A stretch of 57,347 nucleotides of DNA, the filler included, from Jimgerdemannia flammicorona (lineage: Eukaryota): the NCBI GenBank assembly GCA_003990765.1. It is 2 parts of 2 records of this genome, joined end to end, with 100 filler letters (N's around TTAATTAATTAA, not from the genome) between each part and the next. Parts side by side here need not be neighbours in the genome. Positions count along the whole stretch, not along the records: positions 1 to 28,636 come from RBNJ01000548.1; 1 more part is not named here. One strand, 5' to 3'. The stretch's first letter is position 1. Each line of letters starts with the position of its first letter. A program made the translations under genes and the position numbers. Below the pieces are notes generated by a model. The model was not told the origin of the DNA. It ran no database searches and saw nothing but the letters and a program-made list of their open reading frames with translations. Positions 12,043 through 23,907 of this stretch are shown piece by piece.

Positions 12043-14105
12043 TGTAAGAGGGTTGCTTTTTAGGATAACTGTTACATAGTTCTGGAAAGGTTTTCTGGAT
12101 ATTCTGGATGTTCTGGAAGACTGTTTTCTTATGGTCAAGGTCAATTTCATATGGAGTACGTCCTCTACGCTTATTGATTTCAAGATCGGGTTGACGTCTC
12201 AACCAAAGTCCTCTTTTGGACTAGTTCTAGATGTTCAGAATTTTCTGTATTTCAGGAAGTTCAAGAAACTAAGACCAGCTTAGTTGAATTGGTGTATTGC
12301 TGTAGACAATACCCAATTAGGAAATTCGTGATGGGGTTAGGAGTGGGACCTAACAGGGAGTGGATTTACTTAAGAGTGGTTTGTGGGTTATTCAAATAGG
12401 TTTATTCGCTATTCATGATATTGCTATACTAGGAGTAGTTGTGTGAAGGGATATTGTGGGAAAGTATTCAGGAATGTTCTTGTGTATTCAAGTCTGAGAT
12501 TCTGAGGTCTGAGGGAGGGGGTATTTATACTAGTGAGGAGCTATCTGGACTATGCTAGATATGGATGTAGCACTAAGTGCCTTGCTGAGTCGGAATGCAG
12601 TCACGTAGTACAAGTATGATCTGATATATCAAGAGATCATCTAACTACTGAGTCAGTTCACAGTCACGTCATATAAGGCTAATCTAACTATACTATGACT
12701 GCTAGGCTATTTATGGGTTTAGGCACTGTCTGGATAGTCCTCGATGACATCACCATCGATTGTATCATCTCTGATGAAGTAGTTGTCTAGGAAGAGTGGT
12801 TCGCAGATTACTTCTCCTTGTTCGCTGAGGTAATAATATATTGGAACTTCATCTCTGTCTCATAAGATGGCATCATCAGTCTCATATGCTGGGAAAGGTG
12901 TTAGTGGGCAAAGGAGGGGTACATTATTTTCACTTTCATCAGATTCATTGTCTGCATACCTTCTGTAGGTTACAGCACTATGAGTCACAGGGTTATAGTA
13001 AGCTGGTGGCTGTGGTTCATGTCGCTCGTACTCGGGTGGTGGAGTGGTTGGTTCGATCTCGAGGGTTGTCTGAAGGTACAGGTTGTGTTCTCCAGTCTCT
13101 TCATTGTAGTTGAAGTAATCAGGGGTAAATGTGGGTTGGTATTTGTGCCAGTGGTCATTGTTCCAATAAGTCTCGTATATAGTTATGAACTGTTGTAAGT
13201 TCATCGGCAAGGTTGGCGGTGTGATCAGGGTTGGCAGAGATCCTTGGCTAGAGGTCATGTCGGCATCAGAGGGATCATTGTCTTCTACTTCATCTTCATC
13301 AAAGTGGATTATATCGTAGATGTCCTTCATGGCATATCCAACTTGGGGCATTTGCAGGATGTGATCATTGGGGTAGAGGAAGGTTCGGTCTGTGGTTTCA
13401 ATATACTCGAGGTACTTCTGGTTGAGTTCTTATATCATGTCATTGATTTGGCCATAGGACAGGGTAGCAACCATTTCGCTGGTAGTAACTCAGAGGTGAG
13501 GAATAAAGGTGCTATACTCATAGAAGAGTTCTCAATGTTTGCAGGCGATGAGCTTCTGGTGTTGAGACATCTGGATAATATCTGTATCATGGTGGTGTTC
13601 GACCATGTCTTCCAGGAGGTGGCCGATCTGGTAGTAGCTTGAGATTTGTCCGATTCGGTGGGCTTCGCTAAGCATATTCAGAGCATTCCATCAGGCTTCT
13701 ACGAAGTAGAGGGGTGCCAGACTATGGATATTCATGAGGAGCAGAGGGGGTGTGGCTTGGTTGACAATGGCATTCCAAATGTCAGCATAGATATGGTTGT
13801 AGATCTCAGTGGTCATGTTTGTGTTTGGAAGTTGTAGTTGTTATTTATTTGTTTTGGTTCTCTGATTCAACGCATCTCGGTGCTCGGTATATATGTATTT
13901 AGTCCTGATTGGTAAGATTCCATTTGTGTAAATCTTGTGTTCTGTGACTTTGTATTGACTCAGCTTTGTACACTGTGACTTCAGTTTGACTCAGCTTTAT
14001 GATCAAGCAGATGATTTCCAGATTTGTTCAGGGTTGCATGTGATTTCAGTGGCTTGTTCAGAGGGTGATGTATAATTTTGGTGGCTTGGGGGTTGTGCGC
14101 TTACA
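12043..14105 (-). mobile_element. 2063-bp solo LTR (family B) inserted in Gypsy A
   Basis: TGTAAG...CTTACA termini; perfect 5-bp TSD AGTTT; TATA near 12525 and AATAAA near 12400 on the minus strand; second copy at 28737-30009. Confidence 0.88.
12719..13816 (-). pseudogene. U3-encoded accessory ORF of LTR family B (366 codons, in-frame stops)
   Basis: IYADIWNAI...IGQISSYYQIGHLL...IACKH*ELFYEYSTFIPHL*V then a D/E/P/Y-rich tail; same frame as the listed ORF 12860-13351. Confidence 0.75.
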
Positions 14106-14157
14106 AGTTTTCATCATCTTCCTTCATGGTAGTGATCTTTTGACTGGAAGGTTTGTT

Positions 14158-14530
14158 GGCTGATCCAAACCCTTTCTTACTATAGTCTGTCTGGGAGAGC
14201 TTGGGAACTTCTTTAATGGTGAGATCTTGATGGATTTCTTCAATGATTGCTTAGGTAATTCTTTGGCCTACTTTGACTTCAAATGAGGTGTCTCCAAAAT
14301 TTCACAAGATAATACAGATTTCACCAGTAAATCTTTGGTCAACTACTCCTCCTTCTAGCCCAATATTGAACTCTTTGGCTAGGCTACTTCACTCAGTAAG
14401 TTGGATATATATATCTTTGAGAGCTTGTATTGCAATTCCTGTTCACACTATAGCATTGGTACTTGGTGGAATAGTGAGATCTTGGCTGCTATAGAGGTCA
14501 TATTCAGCATTGGTTGGGTGGGCCTTAGTG
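14158..14530 (-). pseudogene. dut: dUTPase domain of Gypsy A, between gag and protease
   Basis: All five motifs in order: AEYDL, E*SSLA, GVVDQRFTGEI, GQRIT*, KKGFGS. Confidence 0.88.
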
Positions 14531-14589
14531 GGGATGGTAGCCTTATACTATATCTTCTGTGCTTTGATGACATTCTCAGAGTTCTTCTT

Positions 14590-16420
14590 CTCTAGACCTT
14601 CTTCAATGACAGTAATGTTCTGGTTACTGGGTTTGCCTGATCTGTTTCTCTTCTTAGGGCATTTGAATGAGATGTGTCCTGTCTTCTTGCAGATAAAGCA
14701 CAATCCCTTTTTGTGGAGCTACTTCTTTTCATCCTTGGTGGGAGGTCTGGGTCCTCTGGGGTTTTGCTGGTTCCTTTGATCATTTCTTTGATCATATCCT
14801 TGGTCATTCCTTTGATCATTTCTCCTGGTAGGATTCCTCCTATCTTGGTTATCCTTTTTGTTTTCTTGATTTCATGGGGCTTGTATAGCAAGGATTTCAT
14901 GGACTCTTCTTTGTACTTGGGCAAAGTACTATAAATAGTGGGGACATCCTTGGGGAAGACCTTATTCCTTGATTTTCTGAGTAAGCCAGTCTGGTAGAGC
15001 TGCAAAAAAATAGTTGACTCTGGTATCATTGATGGCCAAATTATTCTCCTGGTAGGTAAGTCCAATGGTTTTGAGGTAGGCATCCATTCTAGTGGCAAAG
15101 GTCTCTAGATCCTCCTTGTCATTCTTGTGGAACTTCATTGGGACAGTTTGTTCCAAGTTTCTTATATATAGGCTATATTTTGGAATTTGGTCAGTAGCAA
15201 GGCCTTGAGTCCTGGGCCTGCTTCATAGTCATCCCAACCTGGTCTGTTATGGGCTTGTGCCTAGCCTGTAACTTGAGGGTGGTCTTCCCAGGTTACTGAG
15301 TGTTGTTCCAAGGTTTGCCAGAATTTGGCTGCTGTTCCAGTGAAGAATGTGGCTACTGTTTCCACTTGTGCTACTGAGGTAGCAAATAGCTATTGAAGGG
15401 TATTATTCTGGTTATTAGTGAGTATTCCTATAGACACTCAGTTATCATTTCATTGGTTTACTCGGTAGCCTGTGTCAACTATATTGATAAAGTTTTTGAT
15501 GTCACTGTTTTTTCCACTAAATGTTGGAATTTGCAAGGTCTTGGTTGGTTTGTTCTGTTCAGCAATCTGTCCTACTATCTTTGCTAGTGCTGCTAGCTGG
15601 GTAGTCAGTGCTACAATGTTGGCATCTACCATTGTATTGACTATTGGTAGTGAGTCTGTTAGGGTGGATTCTCCTAAAGATTGTTCTGCTTAGTGGGGTT
15701 GTGGCGCTGTTTGACTTGGGGTTACTTGATTCTCAGATATCAGATCAAAGAGTTCTGTGAGAGAGGGTAAACCAAACCTCTATATAGGTGGCTGGGTTGG
15801 TTCTGGGGTCTGATCTTCTTGACCTATAGTTCCTTGGTAAATTCCTAGACCTGCTATTCCTAGTTGGCTATTGTCAGACTGATAACCTGTAGAGTCTTTA
15901 TCTGACTCCCTTCTCTGATGAGATAGTATATCCTCATACTGACTAGATCCTTCAAAGAGGATATCAGTTTCTGACTGAGTAGATGGGCCTACTCCTTGTT
16001 CAGCAGTAGGGGATGGGTGGTCTGCTTGCTCATTCTCATATCTGATTATAGCAGAGGCATAGTATATAACTAGCCTGTAGTAGAGAGAGGTCTTGGTAGG
16101 TGTATGATGATATCTGTCAGAGGTAATCTACTTAGCAGCTGCTTCTCTTGCAGCAGGGAATGAGATATAATCTAAAAAATCCTGGGTGGCTACAGCAGTA
16201 GATTCTGGAGTCCTAGTGGTTCCAATATATCCACAGAGAAGTTCATAGAACCTATGGTGGCTGACTATATTTCTAAGTCCTGGGTGATAAGTCCTAAAGG
16301 CCTGGTATAGATCCTTATAAGCCTGGTCAATTATAAGCTAGTAGGTCTCTAGATCTGTGGTTTCTTGGTATGTACCACCTGGTCCTAATAGTAAGGGCTT
16401 CTCTGGCTCTAGTTTGGGGA
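14590..16420 (-). pseudogene. gag: Gypsy A gag
   Basis: CCHC knuckle GLCFICKKTGHISFKCP at about 14655-14710; LQIPTFSGKNSDIKNF capsid-like segment; start approximate. Confidence 0.8.
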
Positions 16421-16510
16421 TCTACAGTTGGTTCTGGAGATTACTCCTGTCTAAGGTTAGTCTTGTTCCAACTTCAAGAGTGTGTTCTTGATACCATCTT
16501 GGCTTGGTAA

Positions 16511-16523
16511 TCCATTGCTACCA
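16511..16523 (-). promoter_or_regulatory. Primer binding site of Gypsy A
   Basis: TGGTAGCAATGG 3 nt after the 5' LTR; TGGTAGC fits initiator tRNA-Met. Confidence 0.65.
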
Positions 16524-17424
16524 AGTTGTAATAACTCTCACTTCTACCCCTCTCTTATCCTTTGGATAATTAGGGAAGTAAGGCTATTACTTAGGGACTT
16601 AGTACACAATGTGTACCAAGAAGCCTTCAGTTTGAGAAAGTGCTCACTTAAAAGTAATTGTAGTAGCAGTACCTTCTATTTCAAAGATCTTTCTCTGGTT
16701 TGCCCTATCTTTTAAGAGTCTTGTTCTTTGTTGTACACAGACTGAATTTGCTTTGGAATTTAGGTTCAATAGGTTTACTTAAGTTTTTGGGGATTTATAT
16801 ACTGATCTCAGTTCTGGCAGAAGTTAGCTAGGCTTCTAGAGTTTAGTTAGAAACACTAAAGTCACTTAGATGTCATTACTAAGACTCGGGAGAATGTGTA
16901 TATATGGGGGAAACTTAATTATTATATTAAGGACTGAACTAAAACTACTTTATTTTGAATGGAAACTGGGGGGTATTTATACAAGTTGGTCCACAATTTC
17001 TGACTAAGTATGAGTGACTAATTTGGTAACTATAATGAGGTTTGTGATTAGGATCTTAATTACTAGGTAATGATCAGCTACTATGGTAATAGTTGCTGTG
17101 GTGCCAATTGTCAGAGATAAACTGAATATCGTTCCCCCTTTCTCTGCTATCTTACTGGTTACAATGGTTTGGTAGACAACCTTCTGAGTCCACTTTCCAC
17201 AATTATTACCCCCTCTACCTCAGGTTGGTTTGCTGTACCTATTGCAGGGCAGTGGGAGGAAGGCAATGGTGATGAGTTGCCCCTTTATCAGTGTCAGATC
17301 AGTGTCTTCTCCACTTTTTCACAGTTTCTGGTACCTTTGGCTGTGTCTGGAGTGCATCCATTTTGGTGTGGCACTTTCTTCCTTTTGCCAGTACCAACAA
17401 GGTGTTGTCTTGGTGTATCTCGGG

Positions 17425-17848
17425 TAGTGCTCCCAAACAAGTCAAATCAATTCAAATCGAATTGAATTGAGGGTTAAATGAGTCAAATCGAATTGGGGAT
17501 TTTTCAATTCAAATCAATTCAAATCGAATCAAAAGTCAAATCGAATTGAGGGTCTGATTTGAACCCTAATTTTCAAAATGTAATAACTCAGCATAAACTC
17601 ATCCAAATCTAACATACTTTAGCTTGTTAGAATCACATTAATATGGTGAATCTAACAAGCTAAAATACGTTAAATTTGGATGAGTTTTCGTCGAGTTATT
17701 ACATTTTGAAAATTAAGGTTCGAATCGAACTTCGAATCGAATTGGACCTTTGATTCGATTCAAATCAAATCGAATTGGACCCTTGATTCGATCGAATCAA
17801 ATCGAGTTTGGGCCAAATTTGATTTGATTTGATTCGTTGGGAGCACTA
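17425..17848. mobile_element. hAT-type foldback MITE
   Basis: TIRs TAGTGCTCCC...GGGAGCACTA; 8-bp TSD ATCTCGGG/GTCTCAGG; mostly palindromic with TCGAAT subterminal repeats. Confidence 0.85.
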
Positions 17849-18291
17849 GTCTCAGGCTATATAGGGAGTTGGTCAATCTTGAGCATCAAGTGCTCAGTAT
17901 AGGTTACCTACAGGTCTTCAGTACCTGTGGTGGGGCCCTCTGGCTTTGGCAAGCTTCCCAGCAAGCATGGTTCTGGTATATGTGACTGCTTTTTGGGTGT
18001 TATCAGGATGGGAGGGGAGATGGCCATCACAGATAGGAGGAAGAGCAATAATAGTGAACCAGTAGAGTACCAGGCTGGGGGCAGTCATCAGAGCTGGGGC
18101 AGGTGCTGCTTTGGTGGGGCCTTTTGATTGGTTAGGTAGTAGGTGACACTCTCGGCTTCTTTTGGTAGATTGGCGGGTTGGACCCTGGTTGTCAGGGGGG
18201 GTTGGAGGGCCTGAGGCTACCTATTTCAGATATCTTGGCTGCACTCAACTGGAACTGGGAGCTGATATGGTAATGTGATCAAGGCCCACAG

Positions 18292-18939
18292 TAGTGCTCC
18301 GAACGAGTCAATCCGGATGGGATTCGGATGGATTCGAATTGGATTCGAATCAGATTCGAATTGGATTCGAATCGGATTCGAATCAACCATTGTTTTGATT
18401 TCCAAATTAGACAATTAAATGTTTACATCAATAACTTGATGAATAATCATCCAAATTTGATGATCTTGGTGTCATTTGAAAGCCCTTAATAAGGCCTTTC
18501 TAATGATATTAAGAACATTAAAATCGGATTACGTGTTGCCGAGATATTAAGGAAAACGTTCCATTTGACGAAATTTCCAAAATCGGCAAATCAAAGAATT
18601 TCCAAAATCAGCGATTCAGACGTTTTCCTTCATAACTCAGCAACGCATGATCCGATTTCAATGTTCTTAGTATCATTAGATAGGCGTTATTAAGGGCTTT
18701 CAAATGACACCAAGATCATCAAATTTGGATGATTATTCATCAAATTATTGATGTAAACATTTAATTATCTAATTTGGAAATCAAAACAATGGTTGATTCG
18801 AATCCGATTCGAATCCGATTCGAATCTGATTCGAATCCATCCGGATGGGATTCGAATCCCATCCGAGTTGATCCAGATGGGATTCAATCCGAATCAATCC
18901 GAATCCAATCCAGATTAAATTGACTCGTTAGGAGCACTA
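18292..18939. mobile_element. hAT-type foldback MITE
   Basis: TIRs TAGTGCTCC...GGAGCACTA; perfect 8-bp TSD GCCCACAG; about 270-bp inverted arms with GATTCGAATC arrays. Confidence 0.92.
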
Positions 18940-19557
18940 GCCCACAGGCTTGAGTAGTGGGGTATTGGGGGTCTCCTCCTGCCTCACATATAAGTTCTTT
19001 ACTCACTTCAACTAGAAGAACCAGGCCCTACCCACTGTGTTGTACTTTGATGAGAGTTTTTTCTTTGCCTATCATTCTCTTTGAGGTGACAGGGGCTATT
19101 CTATTCAGCTCGGGCATGGTCTTGTACATATGTTGGGTTCTCGGACATGCACTTTCGGTCATTGGTGTATGGCTGGATTTCCCCTGGTGGTAGGAAGAGC
19201 ATGGTACACAGAATGAGGTACAGGCCAATATAGGCCCTGCTGTGCCTGGTATGATCAAGCTACTGAACAATAGCTAGCCTAGGTTAATGGGGGGGCAGTG
19301 CTTAATAGGTGGTGGGGGAGGGTTTTGACCTATATAGTCTAGGTTCCCTTCCAATAAAATTCTACAAGATATTGAGTCTGTTAAAAAAAAAAGAGATAAA
19401 CTGAATATCATTTTTTACATCATTTTCTATATCATTCATTCATTTATCATTTGTTATTCATATATTGTGCTTGATTGTATGATGATGTCATCACTCACTA
19501 AGTCACATGATTGCTCATTGCATCTCATCTATTCACTTACTCATTCATTCTATTATA

Positions 19558-21327
19558 AAATAGCTTGAATAATAATAAATATGACTAACTTATTATACTT
19601 CTTCTAGACTAAAGCAGTGAATACAGTGGTATATACCTGAAACCATTATGTTTCTCAAGCTCTAAGCAAGGAATCTGGTAATAATCAATAATCTAGGAAT
19701 GATGCTAATCTTACTCCTAAATAATTATGAAATAAAAATAAGTCAAATATCTCACATATATATATATATCTTCAGTAGTGAGGCTTACATTCTAGATAAG
19801 AGTAGAAATAGAGATAAACTTGAGCCTAAGGCAGATAAACATATATTCCTTAAATATGATGGAATGATATATAGGCTGTAGAATACTCAAAAATAGTATA
19901 TAGTGATATCTCATGACATTCAGTTCAATGAGTGGATCAAAAAGTATAAAATTTATATAAAAATTACATTAAATCCAACAATAGTTTCAGCAACATCTAT
20001 GTCAACTTTAAAGGCAAGCAGAATAACCCCTATGTTAGTACCAGTATAGCTAATATATATGTCAATACTAATAAGACTACTAGAGTCAAGAATTACAGAA
20101 ATTATAGATGAGGATAATGAAGAAGATACCTCTCCAAAGGATAAAAAGAAGTACAAATCCAGAATTTTAGAAGTAGATTTAAAAGATTATTAGGACTTAT
20201 CTAAGATATCTTATCATAATCATTATATGAACTATGTATATAAATATAAATATGCTTATATAGTAATAACTGGTGAGCCAGTAAACTATAATGAAGCCAT
20301 TCACTCAGATGATAAGAAAGAGTGGAAAAAGGCTATAGATAAGAAGTATAATTTGTTTATCAAGAATAATATATAGAATTTGATTCCTCTTCCAGTGAAT
20401 TAATAAGCAATAAGATCTTACTAGATATGTATATAAGATAAAGTACAATAGTAATGGCAATATAGAGCAATACAAGGTCTGATTTGTGATAAAGGAGTAT
20501 TCATAAAGAATATAGCATAGACTATGATGAGATCTTCTCCCCAGTATTTAAGCTTACTTTGCTTAAAATACTTCTTATGATCAGAGCTAAATATAACTAT
20601 GAAATTTACTAAATAGATATAAAGACAGTATTCTTAAATAGCAACATAGATACCAAACTATATCTATTAACCACAGGATATAAACTATATGACAATAAGC
20701 AAAAGGAGCTTATATACAAACTATGTAAAGAACTCTATAGCATCAAGCAAGCAGTAAGACTGTAGAACTAAAAAATTGATGAATATCTTATAAATAACAA
20801 TAGATTCAAAGTTGTAAAGCCAATTTATATATACATATACTTAACATATATTTTCAAGAATAGTATATTTAGAAATTTGAATTGATGACATCATTCTGGT
20901 TGGAATAGTGAGTGAGATCAATAAAGTAAAGATAGTACTATACAAGGAGTTCAAAATGATGGATTTAGATAATACATTCTTTCTTTTGAAGATATCTATT
21001 ATATATAATAGGAGAGCATATACTATACATCTAAGCCAAGGAGCCTATATCCAAATCATACTCAAGCAATTTAGTATGAGCAAATACAAATCTATCAGTA
21101 TACCTATGAAAATATCTGTGAGACTGAAGAAGTCTGAAACTATATCTGAAACTAAGGATATTTCCTATCAATAAGTAGTGAGATCTCTTATATATCTTAT
21201 ACTTAGGATAAGACCCAATATATTATATATAATCAACAAAGTAGCACAATACTCATTATACTATAACAATTCTCATTAGATGGGAATTAAGTATATATTT
21301 AGATACATTAAAGGCATGGCATACTAT
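19558..21327 (+). pseudogene. Copia integrase C-terminus and reverse transcriptase
   Basis: FF*TKAVNTVVY, RDKLEPKADKHIFL, EPVNYNEAI, DYDEIFSPV, IDDIILVG, HLSQGAYI, RYIKG. Confidence 0.85.
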
Positions 21328-21634
21328 ATGGGGTGTGCTGCAACAAAACTAGACAAAGTGAACATATGTATTAACTTCTTGTTTATTAGCAGCTAAGTCT
21401 TTTTTTCCTCAGATTTTAACATACTCTTCAAGATCTCTTAGATCCTTTTGTTTTCCATTGAGCCTCCTAGTTGATTATGATAAATTAATCTTTCCCCTTT
21501 TCACCATCTGGCTGTTTATTCACTATGAATCAAAATAGGAAATTGGTGATGATATCAATCTTGATAAATTTTCACTAATTTTAGAAAATTGACAATAAAG
21601 TGGCTCTAACAAAGAAAATTCTTATCCATTGACC

Positions 21635-23907
21635 CTTTCTCTAGTACCATTCAGGTTACACAATCTTTGGAAGGCACTTACAATATCATTTTTGGAGAAA
21701 AGAGACTAATAACATGGCAACTGATAGGCAATCTGAGGTATGTACTGGGCAGAGTGGCCCAAGTGCTTTCAAATGGCAGCAGGTGGGGAGGGGCCTGGGC
21801 CTGAGGGGGGGCATGAGGGGGCTGCTGGCAGGAGGACATAGAAGGGGTAGCAGTAATGGTGGAGGCCAAGGGTCTGGAAGGGTGAGCTTTGCAGAGATGG
21901 TGAAGGAGAGACAGCAGGCATCAGGGCTGGAGGGCTGGCTGAGGAAGGGCAAGGAGACCGAGAAGGTGGCGGTGCATGAGAGAGTAGCCCTTGAAAAGGG
22001 AGCAGTGGAGCTGGGGGAGTAGCAGCTGGGGGGAGTGTGACTGCTGATAGCGATGGGACTGCTAATCTGGAAAAAATCCAGATATAATGGTGGATGACAA
22101 GGCTGAGTGGCTGAGGCTTAGAAGATAAGGAGGTTTGGTGGATGGCATAATGGGCCTAATGGTGGCCCTGTTACTCAAAAAATCGATCTTGGCATTGGTG
22201 ATTACACTGTGCTTCCAGGGCTTAGTGGTGATGGTGAAAATGGTGCTGGGGCTTATAGCTAAGCAGGTGGCAGGAGCTGCATCAGTGAAGTTTTTGAAGG
22301 GACTGGAGGGTGTGGAGGTGGGTTTTGAGGAAGCTGAGCTACTGGAGGAGGTACTGAAGGTTGGGTTGGTAGTTGGGGAGAGGTGTGTTCTGATGGTACA
22401 GTGCCTGAAATGGGATCTGAGGGTGGTCCAACTGCTGGTGAAAGGAGTGCCCATGGTAATGGCAGAGGAGATGAGAAAGAGAGTTGAGGAAGTTATAGCA
22501 GAATATGGAGAGGTGGTGGATATCAGATTCAGGGTCTGGGAAGGAACCTCACTCAGGACTAGTGACATGGATGTGAGGATTCAGCTGGCTGGGAAAGAAG
22601 CTACCAGGAAGATGAGAGACTGGCCTTCAGTAATGGTTTGGGGAGCAATTCTGTACAAGGTGATGAGGGTGAAGAGAAGTGAGGAGAAGGAAGAGGATTT
22701 ATTAGAAGCACTTGAAGAATTGAGTGGTACTGTGGAGCAGTGAGCAGAGGCTTGGAAGGCTGATGATTGGGCAACATCTCTCTCTGGTACCTCTCAGGTT
22801 ACAAAACTATTGGAAAGCAACTACAACATCATTTTTGGAGCAAAGAGACTAGCAACATAGTAACTAACAGACAATCTGAGGTATATACTGGGTAGGGTGG
22901 CCTAAGTGTGTTTGACTGGCAGTATGTGGGGAGAGGTCCTGGTCTGGGGGGAGATATGAGAGGGCTGCTGGCAGGTGGACGCAGAAGGGAAGGAGGTAGA
23001 AGTAGAGGACAGAGATCTGAGAGGGCAAGCTTTGCTGAGACAGTGAAGGGGAGAAGGCAGATGTTGGGGCTGGAGGGTTGGTTGAGGAAAGGCAAGGAAA
23101 TGGAGAAGGCAACAGTATATGGAGGAGCAGCTCTTGGTAGAGGAGGCAGTGGGGCTAGAGGTGTAGTGGCTGGGGGGGGTGTGACAGCTGATGGAGGCAG
23201 GACTGCTAATCTGGAAAAAAAATCCAGATGTGACTATGGATGGTGCAGCTGAGTGACTGAGGCTTGGGAGACAAGGAGATTTGGCAGATGGTGTGATGGG
23301 TCTGGTGGTAGTGCTATTACTCAAGAAATTGATCTTGGTATTTGTAGTGACACTGTGCTTCTGGAGCCTAGTAGTGATGGCAAAAATGATACTGGGGCTG
23401 ATTGCTAAGCAGGTGGCTGGAGCAGCATCCATAAAGTTTTTGAAGGGACTGGAGGAAGTGGAGGTGGACTTTGAGGAGGCTGAGCCTTTGGAGGAAGTGT
23501 TGAAGGTTGGATTGATAGTTGGGGAGATCTGTATTCCAATGGCACAATGTCTGAAATGGGATCCCAGAGTAGTCCAACTGCTGGTGAAAGGGGTGCCCAC
23601 AGTGATGGTGATAGAGACAAGAAAGAGAGTTGAGGAGGTCATAGTGGAGTATGGAGAGGTGGTGGATATTGGATTCAGAGTCTAGGAGGGGACCTTGCTC
23701 AGGACTAGGGATGTGGATATGAGGATGCAGCTGGCAGGGAAGGAGGCCACTGGGAAGGCAAGAGACTGGCCTTCCAGTATGGTCTGGGGAGCGATCATGT
23801 GCAAGGTGATGAGGGTGAAGGGGAGTGAGGAGGAGGAAGAGGACCTATTGGAAGTGCTGGAAGAGTTGAGTGGTATAGTGGAATGGTAGGCAAAGGCTTG
23901 GAGGGCC
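21635..23907 (+). repeat. Tandem duplication (about 1145-bp unit) of the LINE ORF1-like region
   Basis: ORFs 22135-22743 and 23281-23889 are colinear homologs; the units start at about 21635 and 22780. Confidence 0.85.

Larger units (their letters stand above)
17134..19391 (+). mobile_element. 5'-truncated LINE fragment
   Basis: 21-bp TSD AGAGATAAACTGAATATC(G/A)TT; AATAAA at about 19352; poly(A) tail; decayed Trp-rich coding remnants. Confidence 0.8.
6095..19557 (-). mobile_element. Full-length chromodomain Ty3/Gypsy retrotransposon (family A), degenerate
   Basis: Paired LTRs; 5-bp TSD AAATG (6090-6094)/AAATA (19558-19562); PBS, PPT; gag-dUTPase-PR-RT-RH-IN-chromo plus ORF3. Confidence 0.93.
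16527..19557 (-). repeat. 5' LTR of Gypsy A, split by a LINE insertion
   Basis: Matches 6095-6878 on both sides of the 17134-19391 insertion. Confidence 0.9.
3618..21327 (+). mobile_element. Degenerate Ty1/Copia retrotransposon, interrupted by a Gypsy element at 6095 and a LINE at about 21328
   Basis: PBS-like AATTATAAGCCC at about 3970 (decayed GGTTATGAGCCC); domain order gag-PR-IN-RT; 5' boundary uncertain. Confidence 0.8.
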
